A stretch of 32,000 nt of DNA, taken from NCBI RefSeq assembly GCF_000619845.1, contig NZ_JHUX01000008.1, positions 120,001 to 152,000 of the forward strand. The letters are read 5' to 3'. Of the stretch, positions 25,018 through 32,000 are shown piece by piece. The stretch's first letter is position 1. Each line of letters starts with the position of its first letter. Source of the stretch: Alkanindiges illinoisensis DSM 15370. Lineage in GTDB: Bacteria > Pseudomonadota > Gammaproteobacteria > Pseudomonadales > Moraxellaceae. Under the pieces are notes generated by a model. It worked only from the letters and a program-made list of their open reading frames with translations. It made no database searches and had not been told where the DNA came from. The position numbers were made by a program, and so were the translations under genes.

Positions 25018-26940
25018 ATGCCTGTTATTACCCTGCCCAATGGCGACCAGAAACACTTTGACCATCCTGTATCAGTGATGGACGTTGCCTTAAGTATTGG
25101 TCCCGGTCTTGCCAAAAATACTATTGCCGGAAAAGTCAATGGCCAGCTGCGTGATGCCTCTGACCTGATCAATGCTGACGCCACGGTGCAGATTATTACC
25201 CCCAAAGACGATGAAGGCGTCGAAATTATTCGCCATTCCTGTGCGCACCTGATTGGCCATGCGGTCAAGCAATTGTTTCCCGATGTGCAAATGGTGATTG
25301 GGCCGGTCATTGAAGAAGGCTTTTATTACGATATTTTTAGTCCGCGTCCTTTCACGCCGGATGATATGGCGGCCATTGAAAACCGCATGAAAGACCTCAT
25401 TAATGAGGAATATGATGTTATTAAAAAAATGACACCGCGCGAAGAGGTGATCAAAACCTTTACCGAACGCGGTGAAAGCTACAAGTTACGTCTGGTGGAT
25501 GACATGCCGGACGAGCAGGCCATGGGACTATATTACCATCAGGAATATGTCGACATGTGCCGTGGCCCGCATGTACCGAACACCCGATTTTTAAAAGCCT
25601 TTAAACTGACCAAGCTGTCTGGTGCCTACTGGCGCGGCGATGCCAAGAATGAGCAGTTGCAGCGTATTTATGGTACTGCCTGGGCTGATAAGAAACAGCT
25701 GGCTGCCTATATCCAGCGCATTGAAGAAGCCGAAAAACGCGATCATCGCAAGATTGGCAAGGCACTGGATTTGTTCCATTTGCAGGAAGAAGCACCCGGC
25801 ATGGTGTTCTGGCATCCCAATGGCTGGACCATTTATCAGGTGCTGGAACAGTACATGCGCAAGGTTCAGCGCGACAATGGCTATCAGGAAATCCGTACGC
25901 CTCAGGTGGTTGATCTGGTGCTATGGGAAAAATCCGGACATGCGGCCAACTATGCCGAAAACATGTTCATCACCAATTCCGAAAGCCGCACTTATGCCGT
26001 TAAGCCGATGAACTGTCCCTGCCATGTGCAGGTGTTTAATCAGGGCTTAAAATCCTACCGTGACCTGCCGTTACGTCTGGCCGAGTTTGGTTCCTGTCAC
26101 CGTAACGAGCCATCCGGTTCCCTGCATGGCATCATGCGAGTGCGTGGCTTTACGCAGGATGATGCGCATATTTTCTGTACTGCCGCACAAATTGCAGACG
26201 AAGTGGCCGCCTTTATCAAGCTAACGCTGGATGTCTACAAAGACTTTGGATTTGAAGACGTACAAATGAAACTGTCTACCCGTCCTGAAAAGCGGGTGGG
26301 CAGTGAAGAGATGTGGGATACTGCTGAAAAAGCGCTGGCTGATGCGCTGGATGCGGCTGGCCTGCCGTGGGAGCTGCAACCGGGCGAAGGCGCGTTTTAT
26401 GGCCCGAAAATTGAATTTAGCCTGAAAGACTGTCTGGGCCGGGTGTGGCAGTGCGGGACTATTCAGTGCGATCCGAACATGCCGGAGCGTCTGGATGCCA
26501 ATTTTGTTACTGAAGACAATAACCGTGACCATCCTGTCATGTTGCACCGCGCAATACTTGGCAGTTTCGAGCGTTTTATTGGTATACTAATTGAACACTA
26601 CGCCGGTTATATGCCGCCGTGGCTTGCGCCTGTTCAGGCGTGCGTGATGAATATTACCGATGCACAAAGTGATGCGTGCAAAAATGTTACTCAACTGTTA
26701 AATCAGCGTGGTTTACGCGTAATCAGTGACTTGAGAAACGAGAAAATCGGATTTAAGATTCGCGAACGTACCCTCGAGCGTATTCCTTACCTGCTGGTCA
26801 TGGGTGACCGTGAGGTGGAAGAAGGCACAGTCAACGTGCGTACGCGTACCGGGAAGAATTTGGGAACCATGTCCATTGAAGCCTTCATTGAACTGGTTCA
26901 ATCCGCCGTTGCCGAACGTGGCCGGTATATTTTGGAGTAA
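25018..26940 (+). CDS. thrS: Threonine--tRNA ligase
   Basis: [12 protein letters not shown] start with a TGS domain, HSCAHL editing motif, class II motifs ([26 protein letters not shown]; [11 protein letters not shown]), and an anticodon-binding C-terminus. Near-colinear with Acinetobacter ThrRS as recalled. Confidence 0.97.
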   Translation: MPVITLPNGDQKHFDHPVSVMDVALSIGPGLAKNTIAGKVNGQLRDASDLINADATVQIITPKDDEGVEIIRHSCAHLIGHAVKQLFPDVQMVIGPVIEEGFYYDIFSPRPFTPDDMAAIENRMKDLINEEYDVIKKMTPREEVIKTFTERGESYKLRLVDDMPDEQAMGLYYHQEYVDMCRGPHVPNTRFLKAFKLTKLSGAYWRGDAKNEQLQRIYGTAWADKKQLAAYIQRIEEAEKRDHRKIGKALDLFHLQEEAPGMVFWHPNGWTIYQVLEQYMRKVQRDNGYQEIRTPQVVDLVLWEKSGHAANYAENMFITNSESRTYAVKPMNCPCHVQVFNQGLKSYRDLPLRLAEFGSCHRNEPSGSLHGIMRVRGFTQDDAHIFCTAAQIADEVAAFIKLTLDVYKDFGFEDVQMKLSTRPEKRVGSEEMWDTAEKALADALDAAGLPWELQPGEGAFYGPKIEFSLKDCLGRVWQCGTIQCDPNMPERLDANFVTEDNNRDHPVMLHRAILGSFERFIGILIEHYAGYMPPWLAPVQACVMNITDAQSDACKNVTQLLNQRGLRVISDLRNEKIGFKIRERTLERIPYLLVMGDREVEEGTVNVRTRTGKNLGTMSIEAFIELVQSAVAERGRYILE

Positions 26941-26945
26941 TAGCG

Positions 26946-27497
26946 ATTAAACAGCCTGACCGTAACCCGCAACAAGTTGCCAAGAGCAACCGCCCTGCCA
27001 TCAACGATGAAATCCGTGCCAAAGAAGTACGACTGGTTGATGAGGCAGGTGAGCAAAAAGGGATTGTGCCATTAACTGAAGCACTGCGTGCTGCTGAAGC
27101 CGTTGAACTTGACCTGGTCGAGATCGTGGCCAATGCCGAGCCGCCAGTATGCAAGATTATGGACTACAACAAGCATTTGTTTGACCTGAAACAAAAGCAG
27201 AAAGATGCCAAGAAGAAACAGCATCAGGTTCAGGTCAAGGAAATCAAACTGCGTCCGGGTACGGATGTAGGTGATTATCAGGTCAAACTGCGTTCCATTC
27301 TGCGTTTTCTGGAAGATGGCGACAAGGTAAAAATTACCTTGCGTTTCCGGGGCCGTGAAATGGCGCATCAGGAGCTGGGCCTCAAGCAATTGCAAAAAAT
27401 TGAGGGTGACGTGGCTGAATTTGGTGTTGTTGAACAGCAGCCCAAAATGGAAGGCCGTCAAATGGGCATGCTCATTGGACCTAAAAAGAAAAAATAA
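26946..27497 (+). CDS. infC: Translation initiation factor IF-3 (AUU start)
   Basis: The reading frame is open from ATT at 26946 (an in-frame TAG lies immediately upstream). It translates IKQPDRN...[24 protein letters not shown], the canonical IF3 N-terminus. GGAG lies 8 nt upstream. The track ORF (27066) is only the part after an internal GTG. Confidence 0.93.
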   Translation: MKQPDRNPQQVAKSNRPAINDEIRAKEVRLVDEAGEQKGIVPLTEALRAAEAVELDLVEIVANAEPPVCKIMDYNKHLFDLKQKQKDAKKKQHQVQVKEIKLRPGTDVGDYQVKLRSILRFLEDGDKVKITLRFRGREMAHQELGLKQLQKIEGDVAEFGVVEQQPKMEGRQMGMLIGPKKKK

Positions 27498-27523
27498 CGG
27501 TTTCTGATTATTTTTTCTAAAAA

Positions 27524-27557
27524 GAAGCGATGCTATGCAAGTGGCATCGCTTTTTTG
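27524..27557 (+). terminator. Rho-independent terminator after infC
   Basis: Stem AAGCGATGC/GCATCGCTT with a 10-nt loop, followed by TTTTTT. Confidence 0.8.
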
Positions 27558-27698
27558 TTGCTGTTTTTTAATGATGATTTGTTGATGCTGCGAATGGGGC
27601 CAGGATTTTTTATTGAAAAGATGCTTTTTTTATACCTGTAAACAATGCTACAGTCGCTGCACAAACAAGAATATGGATATACGATGGAGATGGTTAGG

Positions 27699-28355
27699 AT
27701 GCGTGCATTCACAACAATTAAACTGCTATCTGTGGCGTTCGCTACCTTGGTGAGTACACAAAGTTTTGCACTTGGCCTGGGTGGTCAGTTATTGTATTCC
27801 AATCCTGAAGTAAAAGATTACGATGGGCTAAACTTTGATCTGGCTGGGGTTTCCGGCACCTTGCAACTGGGTGAATTTGACAGCTTGCTGGCACCCGCAG
27901 TGCATGCCCAGTTTGCAACGGGCAGTGGCGATACCCCCAATGGCAAAACTGATGTCAATTATTTTGAAGTCACCGGCACGGGCGGTGTACTGATTTATGA
28001 CCAGAATAATATTGTCGTGCGCGGGGTTGCTGGCATTGGCATTGGTATTGCCGATATTGATGTACGGGCAACCAACATTAATAATGATACCGATGCTTCT
28101 TTTGTGGTTTTTCCAGTGTCCGTTGAAGCCAGCTATCTGGTTCCTAACACCAATTTAAGCTTTTTTGCCAATGCAGGCTATAAGCTATATCTGGACGTGG
28201 CTGATGAGCGCATTCGTTGTGCTGATGGTACGGTGTCTTCAGACACTGGCTACAATGTGTGTAATGGCAAAGGCGGCTTTGCATCGGATAGCGAATTTCC
28301 GGTTGGAAAAATGGATGGCATACAGCTTGGTGTTGGTATCAAACTGTTTTACTAG
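27699..28355 (+). CDS. Putative outer-membrane beta-barrel protein
   Basis: Signal peptide MRAFTTIKLLSVAFATLVSTQSFA. Alternating Gly/aromatic beta-strand pattern. C-terminal GVGIKLFY ends in an aromatic residue. The start may instead be one of the ATGs at 27645-27690. Confidence 0.65.
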   Translation: MRAFTTIKLLSVAFATLVSTQSFALGLGGQLLYSNPEVKDYDGLNFDLAGVSGTLQLGEFDSLLAPAVHAQFATGSGDTPNGKTDVNYFEVTGTGGVLIYDQNNIVVRGVAGIGIGIADIDVRATNINNDTDASFVVFPVSVEASYLVPNTNLSFFANAGYKLYLDVADERIRCADGTVSSDTGYNVCNGKGGFASDSEFPVGKMDGIQLGVGIKLFY

Positions 28356-28387
28356 CCTTAAGCTTTAGTTTGGTTAAAATCCAGCCA

Positions 28388-28421
28388 TAAAAAAAGCGGT
28401 GCATCATAGCGCCGCTTTTTT
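28388..28421. terminator. Bidirectional intrinsic terminator between convergent genes
   Basis: Stem AAGCGGTGC/GCGCCGCTT with a 6-nt loop, an A-tract upstream and a T6 tract downstream. Confidence 0.75.
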
Positions 28422-28474
28422 ACATTCAATTAGACCCAATCACCCTTGGGAAATATCCAGTGATCAGCAGGGGA

Positions 28475-28762
28475 TCAGGCAAACTTGGCCAGCACATCCA
28501 GAAAAGGCTGAGCCTGACTGGCATATTGTGCAATCACCCGATGAATGGTCTGACCCTGTGGATTGGCTGCATGAATATTACGGCCATCTGCCACAAACTT
28601 GGTCAGCAGGCGTTCAAAGTCATAAGGACGCATGTGTTTAAATGCGGTATAGAGCACTGAATAATCAGCATCAGTCCCGTGCGGTGGCAAATGGTTTAAA
28701 TAAGCAAAGACGCGGGAATCAGGCCATTCTTCATTAAATGTTGCAGGTTGTGAAACGGCCAT
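28475..28762 (-). CDS. Small conserved hypothetical cytoplasmic protein (95 aa)
   Basis: ATG at 28762 preceded by a strong SD AGGAGAG. Product MAVSQPATFNEEWPDSRVFAYLNHLPPHGTDADY.... The longer track ORF (to 28900) has no SD and a low-complexity N-terminus. Confidence 0.7.
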   Translation of the reverse strand: MAVSQPATFNEEWPDSRVFAYLNHLPPHGTDADYSVLYTAFKHMRPYDFERLLTKFVADGRNIHAANPQGQTIHRVIAQYASQAQPFLDVLAKFA

Positions 28763-28911
28763 GCGGCTCTCCTGTGAGATCAATCCAAAGCAAATCACCC
28801 ATACAGGCAAAGATGCTTTAAAAATAAAAGATAAAAAATGAAGCAGATATAAATGGCTTAGCCGCTCAAGCGCTGCGCAAAGTTGATACAGCTTGCCCAC
28901 TTAACGCTTTT

Positions 28912-29067
28912 GTCTTGCGGAGTGTTAGTCCTTAGAGCAAATGAGACATATATGCCGTAAGACGTAGCACTAGCGAAGAGGCTTTGCTTATCCAGTCCAC
29001 TCGAAGCAGAGCCTCTCGTCTTGCGGCGGGGAAAAGCAGTGCTTTTCTTGCCCCGCCTCATATTTTG
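28912..29067 (+). ncRNA. Candidate structured RNA / conditional terminator element (unclassified)
   Basis: GTCTTGCGG occurs at 28912-28920 and 29018-29026, and its near-complement CCGTAAGAC at 28955-28963. A 13-bp hairpin spans 28977-28989 / 29004-29016. A GC-rich hairpin (29025-29057) is followed by UCAUAUUUUG. All helix imperfections are G-U pairs on the plus strand only. Confidence 0.4.
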
Positions 29068-29152
29068 CCTGAGTTTGCCAGACAGGTAAAATGAGAAAAA
29101 CTGAAAACCTTCATCATTTTTCCCGTACTGGCTTTACTGGATCAGAGGAAGC

Positions 29153-29425
29153 CTAGCGTTCTTCAGGCAGGTTAATGTTCATTTCCAGCATTTCAATGTC
29201 TGCTTCAGAGCGCACACTCATTTGTACATCCTGCTCATCCACACCCCGGACGTAACGATTAACCACTTCCATGATTTCAATTTTCATGCGGTCAATCTTG
29301 TCCTGACTCAAGCGACGGCCCAACCGGTTTTCGCTGGCCACAATAACTTTCAAGCGATCCTTCGCAGCCTTGGCACTGGTCGGCTTTTCATCATTCTTAA
29401 ATAAATTACTCCAGAAACCAGCCAT
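29153..29425 (-). CDS. minE: Cell division topological specificity factor MinE
   Basis: MAGFWSNLF...SAKAAKDRLKVIVA is typical of MinE. ATG at 29425 with SD GGAGGA, starting 1 nt after the minD stop. Confidence 0.92.
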   Translation of the reverse strand: MAGFWSNLFKNDEKPTSAKAAKDRLKVIVASENRLGRRLSQDKIDRMKIEIMEVVNRYVRGVDEQDVQMSVRSEADIEMLEMNINLPEER

Positions 29426-29426
29426 G

Positions 29427-30239
29427 TTATCCTCCAAATAGTCGAGCTAACCAACCTTGTTTTTGTGGTTGAATGTGACGGTAGGGACGCTCTTCACCCA
29501 GAAAACGTGCCACTAGATCATCATAGGCTTCACTGGCCTTGGAGTCGTTTTCACGAATAACGGGAACGCCCTGGTTAGACGCATTCAGTACTGATGGGCA
29601 TTCTGGAATAACACCCAGGGTTGGAATCTTTAAAATATCATCAGCAATATCTTCAATGCTCAGCATTTCCTCACGCTGGGCACGATTAGGATCAAAACGG
29701 GTAATCACCAGATGCTTGCGGATGCGTCCTTCATTGCGCTCAACTTTTTTGGTTTTGCTGTCCAGCATGCCAATGATGCGGTCAGAGTCACGCACTGAGG
29801 AAATTTCAGGATTGGTAACAATCAGGGCTTCATCAGCGTGATACATGGCCAGAATTGCACCACGCTCAATGCCTGCTGGCGAATCGCAGATGATGTAGTC
29901 AAATTCCTGTGACAGCTCGTCAATGACACGGCCAACGCCTTCGTCACTCAAGGCATCTTTGTCGCGGGTTTGTGAGGCAGGCAGGATATACAGGTTATCA
30001 ATGTCACGATCCTTGATCAGGGCCTGTTGCAAACGTGCTTCATTGTTGATGACATTCACCAGATCATAAACCACACGGCGTTCACAACCCATGATCAAGT
30101 CAAGGTTACGCAAGCCCACATCAAAATCAATGACGACAGTCTTGTGGCCACGCTGAGCCAGTCCTGTTGCAAAAGATGCACTTGTCGTGGTCTTACCAAC
30201 GCCACCTTTGCCTGATGTTACGACAACAATTTTGGCCAC
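29427..30239 (-). CDS. minD: Septum site-determining ATPase MinD
   Basis: Deviant Walker A SGKGGVGKTT, DFDVGLRNLDLIMG, and a C-terminal amphipathic helix KQGWLARLFGG. GTG start with SD AGGAG 8 nt upstream. Confidence 0.96.
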   Translation of the reverse strand: MAKIVVVTSGKGGVGKTTTSASFATGLAQRGHKTVVIDFDVGLRNLDLIMGCERRVVYDLVNVINNEARLQQALIKDRDIDNLYILPASQTRDKDALSDEGVGRVIDELSQEFDYIICDSPAGIERGAILAMYHADEALIVTNPEISSVRDSDRIIGMLDSKTKKVERNEGRIRKHLVITRFDPNRAQREEMLSIEDIADDILKIPTLGVIPECPSVLNASNQGVPVIRENDSKASEAYDDLVARFLGEERPYRHIQPQKQGWLARLFGG

Positions 30240-30317
30240 CGAATAAACTCCTGTGTGAAATTACAGCGGGCTAGATATCTGTTATATCTATTGATCTGTA
30301 TATAATTTATGCATACC

Positions 30318-31034
30318 TTAATGGGGTAGCAGATGGAATTCAAGTTCCTGATCGGAATTCAGGCAAATATGCACTGATTTGCCAATCCTGTCAGCGGGTA
30401 TATCATCCGCTACACAATAGGTTCCTGCAATGGATACCAGTTCTGCTTCCAGACGCTGGCAAAAAATCCGGGATTGCTGCTGGCCGCTGGCACCGGCAAT
30501 AACACGGCCGCGTGCTGTCCCATAAACATGAATGCTGCCTGAGGCAATCACTTCTGAACCGCTGTTCATGTCTGCAATTAAAATAATGTCGCCATCATCT
30601 TCATTCAGGCTCTGGCCAGTGCGTAATACTTCCTTATGGATAATATTGCGTGCTGCCGGGCGTGGACTGGCTACTGCCGCAACCGGCGCTACTACCGGCT
30701 CAATGCTGGGTACGCTTACCGCTGTATCTTCGGTTGGCTTGATACGCTGCATGGGCTGGTCACGGTTGAGCACTGGAAACTGGATAATGCGTGCCTGATC
30801 ACCAAGCTGACCATCAATGACCGCCATCGGTTGCAGGCCAAAATCCACCAGTAGCTGGATTAAGGCAATCAGGTTGTTCTCAACGGTACTGTCCAGAATG
30901 ACTAGCGTGCCATTATGTTCTCCCTGGGTACCTAGATGTTTTTCCAGTTCCTTTTTTATTTTGTCATGATCATTGGTTTGAAAAACTAAACGCGAAAAAT
31001 TGACCATCCGGCCATTAATGCGAATATCGCTCAT
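30318..31034 (-). CDS. minC: Septum site-determining protein MinC
   Basis: Position upstream of minDE. C-terminal beta-helix motif [23 protein letters not shown]. Pro/Ala-rich linker. SD AAGGA. Confidence 0.9.
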   Translation of the reverse strand: MSDIRINGRMVNFSRLVFQTNDHDKIKKELEKHLGTQGEHNGTLVILDSTVENNLIALIQLLVDFGLQPMAVIDGQLGDQARIIQFPVLNRDQPMQRIKPTEDTAVSVPSIEPVVAPVAAVASPRPAARNIIHKEVLRTGQSLNEDDGDIILIADMNSGSEVIASGSIHVYGTARGRVIAGASGQQQSRIFCQRLEAELVSIAGTYCVADDIPADRIGKSVHICLNSDQELEFHLLPH

Positions 31035-31182
31035 ATTTTGTCCTTAAGGGCTGTATTGCCTGAGCACAGGCGTTTAGCCCATCAACTACCATCAAATTGT
31101 TTTGAATCGTAGTCCAAATTAACGCTTTAAACTAGCCATGTTAAGGCAGTTTTCACCATCATTTATTGTAAAATACAAAAAA

Positions 31183-32000
31183 TTAAGTGTTCGGCACAGA
31201 TACGGGCTGCCGGGTGGCCGTGGCAAGGTCTTCCTGTACTGCCTGATCCAGCTTCCAGTGCTGAATCTTGACCTGTTGGCGAATCACATCAAGGCTTTCA
31301 AACACCAGGGATTCCACCAGCTTTTCAAGGGCAGGCGTATCAATCCGGAGCTGGCCCAGATAACTGGCACTGGTATTAATTGCTGTATTGACTGGCTGGC
31401 TGGTTGTTGCAGGCTGGGCGAACGGTTCAATCAGCCCGGCTGTAATATTTTCACCCAGGCGCTGGCCAATACTTTGCAGTTGCTGTTCCATCAACGAACC
31501 AACGACAGGAATCAGGCGCAGCAGGCGGTGCAGTTCTGGTGTATCACTGATGGCCTTGCTTACAATCTGGCCAACCCCTTGTGCAATCTGCTGCTGCTGG
31601 GCTTCTAAGGCTGTGGCAAGGTTGTTTTGTAGCACTTCACCCATAGCCTGCTCAATTTGTACCCGGTGACTGTTGACCAGTTGATGTAGCAAGTGATGAT
31701 GGGTTGCACCGGTTTTTAATTCACGCTCAACGCCATCCAGAATGGTCAGCACAATACGGTCTGACAATTCTTCCATGACCACCTGATAATAAAAACGACC
31801 CGCCTTCAACCAGCTGTCCGGCAAGACCTTGTAGCCAAGCTGGTATAGGCGATAACCAATCACTATCGCCCGTAACAGACGCAAGGCACGGAAGGTCGGA
31901 ATACAGGCCAGAAATTCATACCAGTGAATAAATGGAAAGAAAAACCAGCGGTGATGATGCCTAAAAACAATGGCTACCAGCCAGCGTACCAGTAATTCAC
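31183..32000 (-). CDS. Ion-transport-family (voltage-sensor-like) protein, 5' end outside window
   Basis: The frame stays open upstream of the track TTG start to the window edge. My translation is ...HHRWFFFPFIHWYEFLACIPTFRALRLLRAIVIGYRL..., an S3-S4-like segment with Arg every third residue. It is followed by about 220 aa of soluble helical sequence with no pore motif. Confidence 0.6.
   Translation of the reverse strand, partial: ELLVRWLVAIVFRHHHRWFFFPFIHWYEFLACIPTFRALRLLRAIVIGYRLYQLGYKVLPDSWLKAGRFYYQVVMEELSDRIVLTILDGVERELKTGATHHHLLHQLVNSHRVQIEQAMGEVLQNNLATALEAQQQQIAQGVGQIVSKAISDTPELHRLLRLIPVVGSLMEQQLQSIGQRLGENITAGLIEPFAQPATTSQPVNTAINTSASYLGQLRIDTPALEKLVESLVFESLDVIRQQVKIQHWKLDQAVQEDLATATRQPVSVPNT

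Noticed and set aside
24835-25065. A 76-aa minus-strand ORF overlapping the thrS start, and a 24-aa plus-strand ORF (from 24722) containing a TTTCAG triple repeat in the thrS / acyl-CoA synthetase divergent region.
   Set aside because: No SD. The 76-aa ORF overlaps the thrS SD, start codon and operator hairpin. The sequences are low-complexity. The TTTCAG repeats may be regulatory, but I cannot support any specific call.
28399-28660. Plus-strand ORFs of 80 and 66 aa opposite the 28475-28762 gene.
   Set aside because: They start inside or just after the bidirectional terminator and lack an SD. The minus-strand ORF has a strong AGGAGAG SD and a well-behaved globular sequence.
28858-29061. A 67-aa minus-strand ORF (MRRGKKSTAFPRRKTRGS...) covering the structured spacer, and a 21-aa plus-strand ORF at 29091-29156.
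   Set aside because: The 67-aa ORF is highly basic and low-complexity, and it coincides exactly with strong RNA helices whose G-U pattern indicates the opposite strand. The 21-aa ORF has only a minimal AGG SD and runs into the minE stop. Neither resembles a known small protein.
28860-29070. Attempted to identify the structured element as 6S RNA, 4.5S/SRP RNA, an Rsm/Csr-type sRNA, a guanidine-III or mini-ykkC riboswitch, or TPP or other riboswitches.
   Set aside because: There is no 5'/3' closing stem or central bubble as in 6S. There is no GGAA tetraloop or symmetric loop as in SRP. GGA motifs occur only on the minus strand, while the terminator and G-U pairs indicate the plus strand. Only fragmentary resemblance (AAGACGAGAGG) to guanidine-III exists. 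It is left unclassified.
1-32000. A search by eye for CRISPR arrays, tRNA/rRNA genes, transposases, integrases, IS-element inverted repeats, and phage or defence-system genes.
   Set aside because: No regularly spaced repeats, no cloverleaf-like or rRNA-like segments in the intergenic regions, and no ORF with recombinase, transposase or known defence-domain motifs. The window looks like core chromosome.

Overview
This is a dense chromosomal segment of a gammaproteobacterium. From memory, the ThrRS, IF3, MinCDE, AcnD and PrpF sequences are closest to Acinetobacter/Moraxellaceae. I call about 33 protein-coding genes, nearly all housekeeping. In order: typA, mscL, a DMT permease, fpg/mutM divergent from an AAG-type 3-methyladenine glycosylase, an OYE flavoreductase, ygfZ, acnD, a 7.9-kb block of 10 unrelated genes, prpF, a YdjM-like/ATL/GNAT cluster, a MarC-family gene, an acyl-CoA synthetase, thrS-infC, an OMP-like gene, minCDE, and a truncated ion-transport-like gene at the right edge. 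I found no rRNA, tRNA, CRISPR array, transposase, integrase or recognisable defence system, and I cannot honestly point to a convincing novel multi-gene protein system. The observations most worth following up are these. (1) An unannotated structured element at 28.9-29.07 kb, downstream of minE, on the strand opposite both neighbours; it has three copies of a 9-mer giving mutually exclusive helices that overlap an intrinsic terminator. (2) acnD and prpF, a functional pair that is normally adjacent, are split by 7.9 kb, and no prpB/prpC lies in the window. (3) A pseudouridine-synthase paralogue next to rluA has lost the catalytic Asp motif. (4) A voltage-sensor-like S4 segment is followed by a non-channel soluble domain. 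(5) An ATL alkyl-damage sensor gene overlaps the stop of a membrane hydrolase-like gene (ATGA). (6) A tRNA-Thr anticodon-arm mimic lies in front of thrS. All family assignments come from motif recognition by eye, without database searches.
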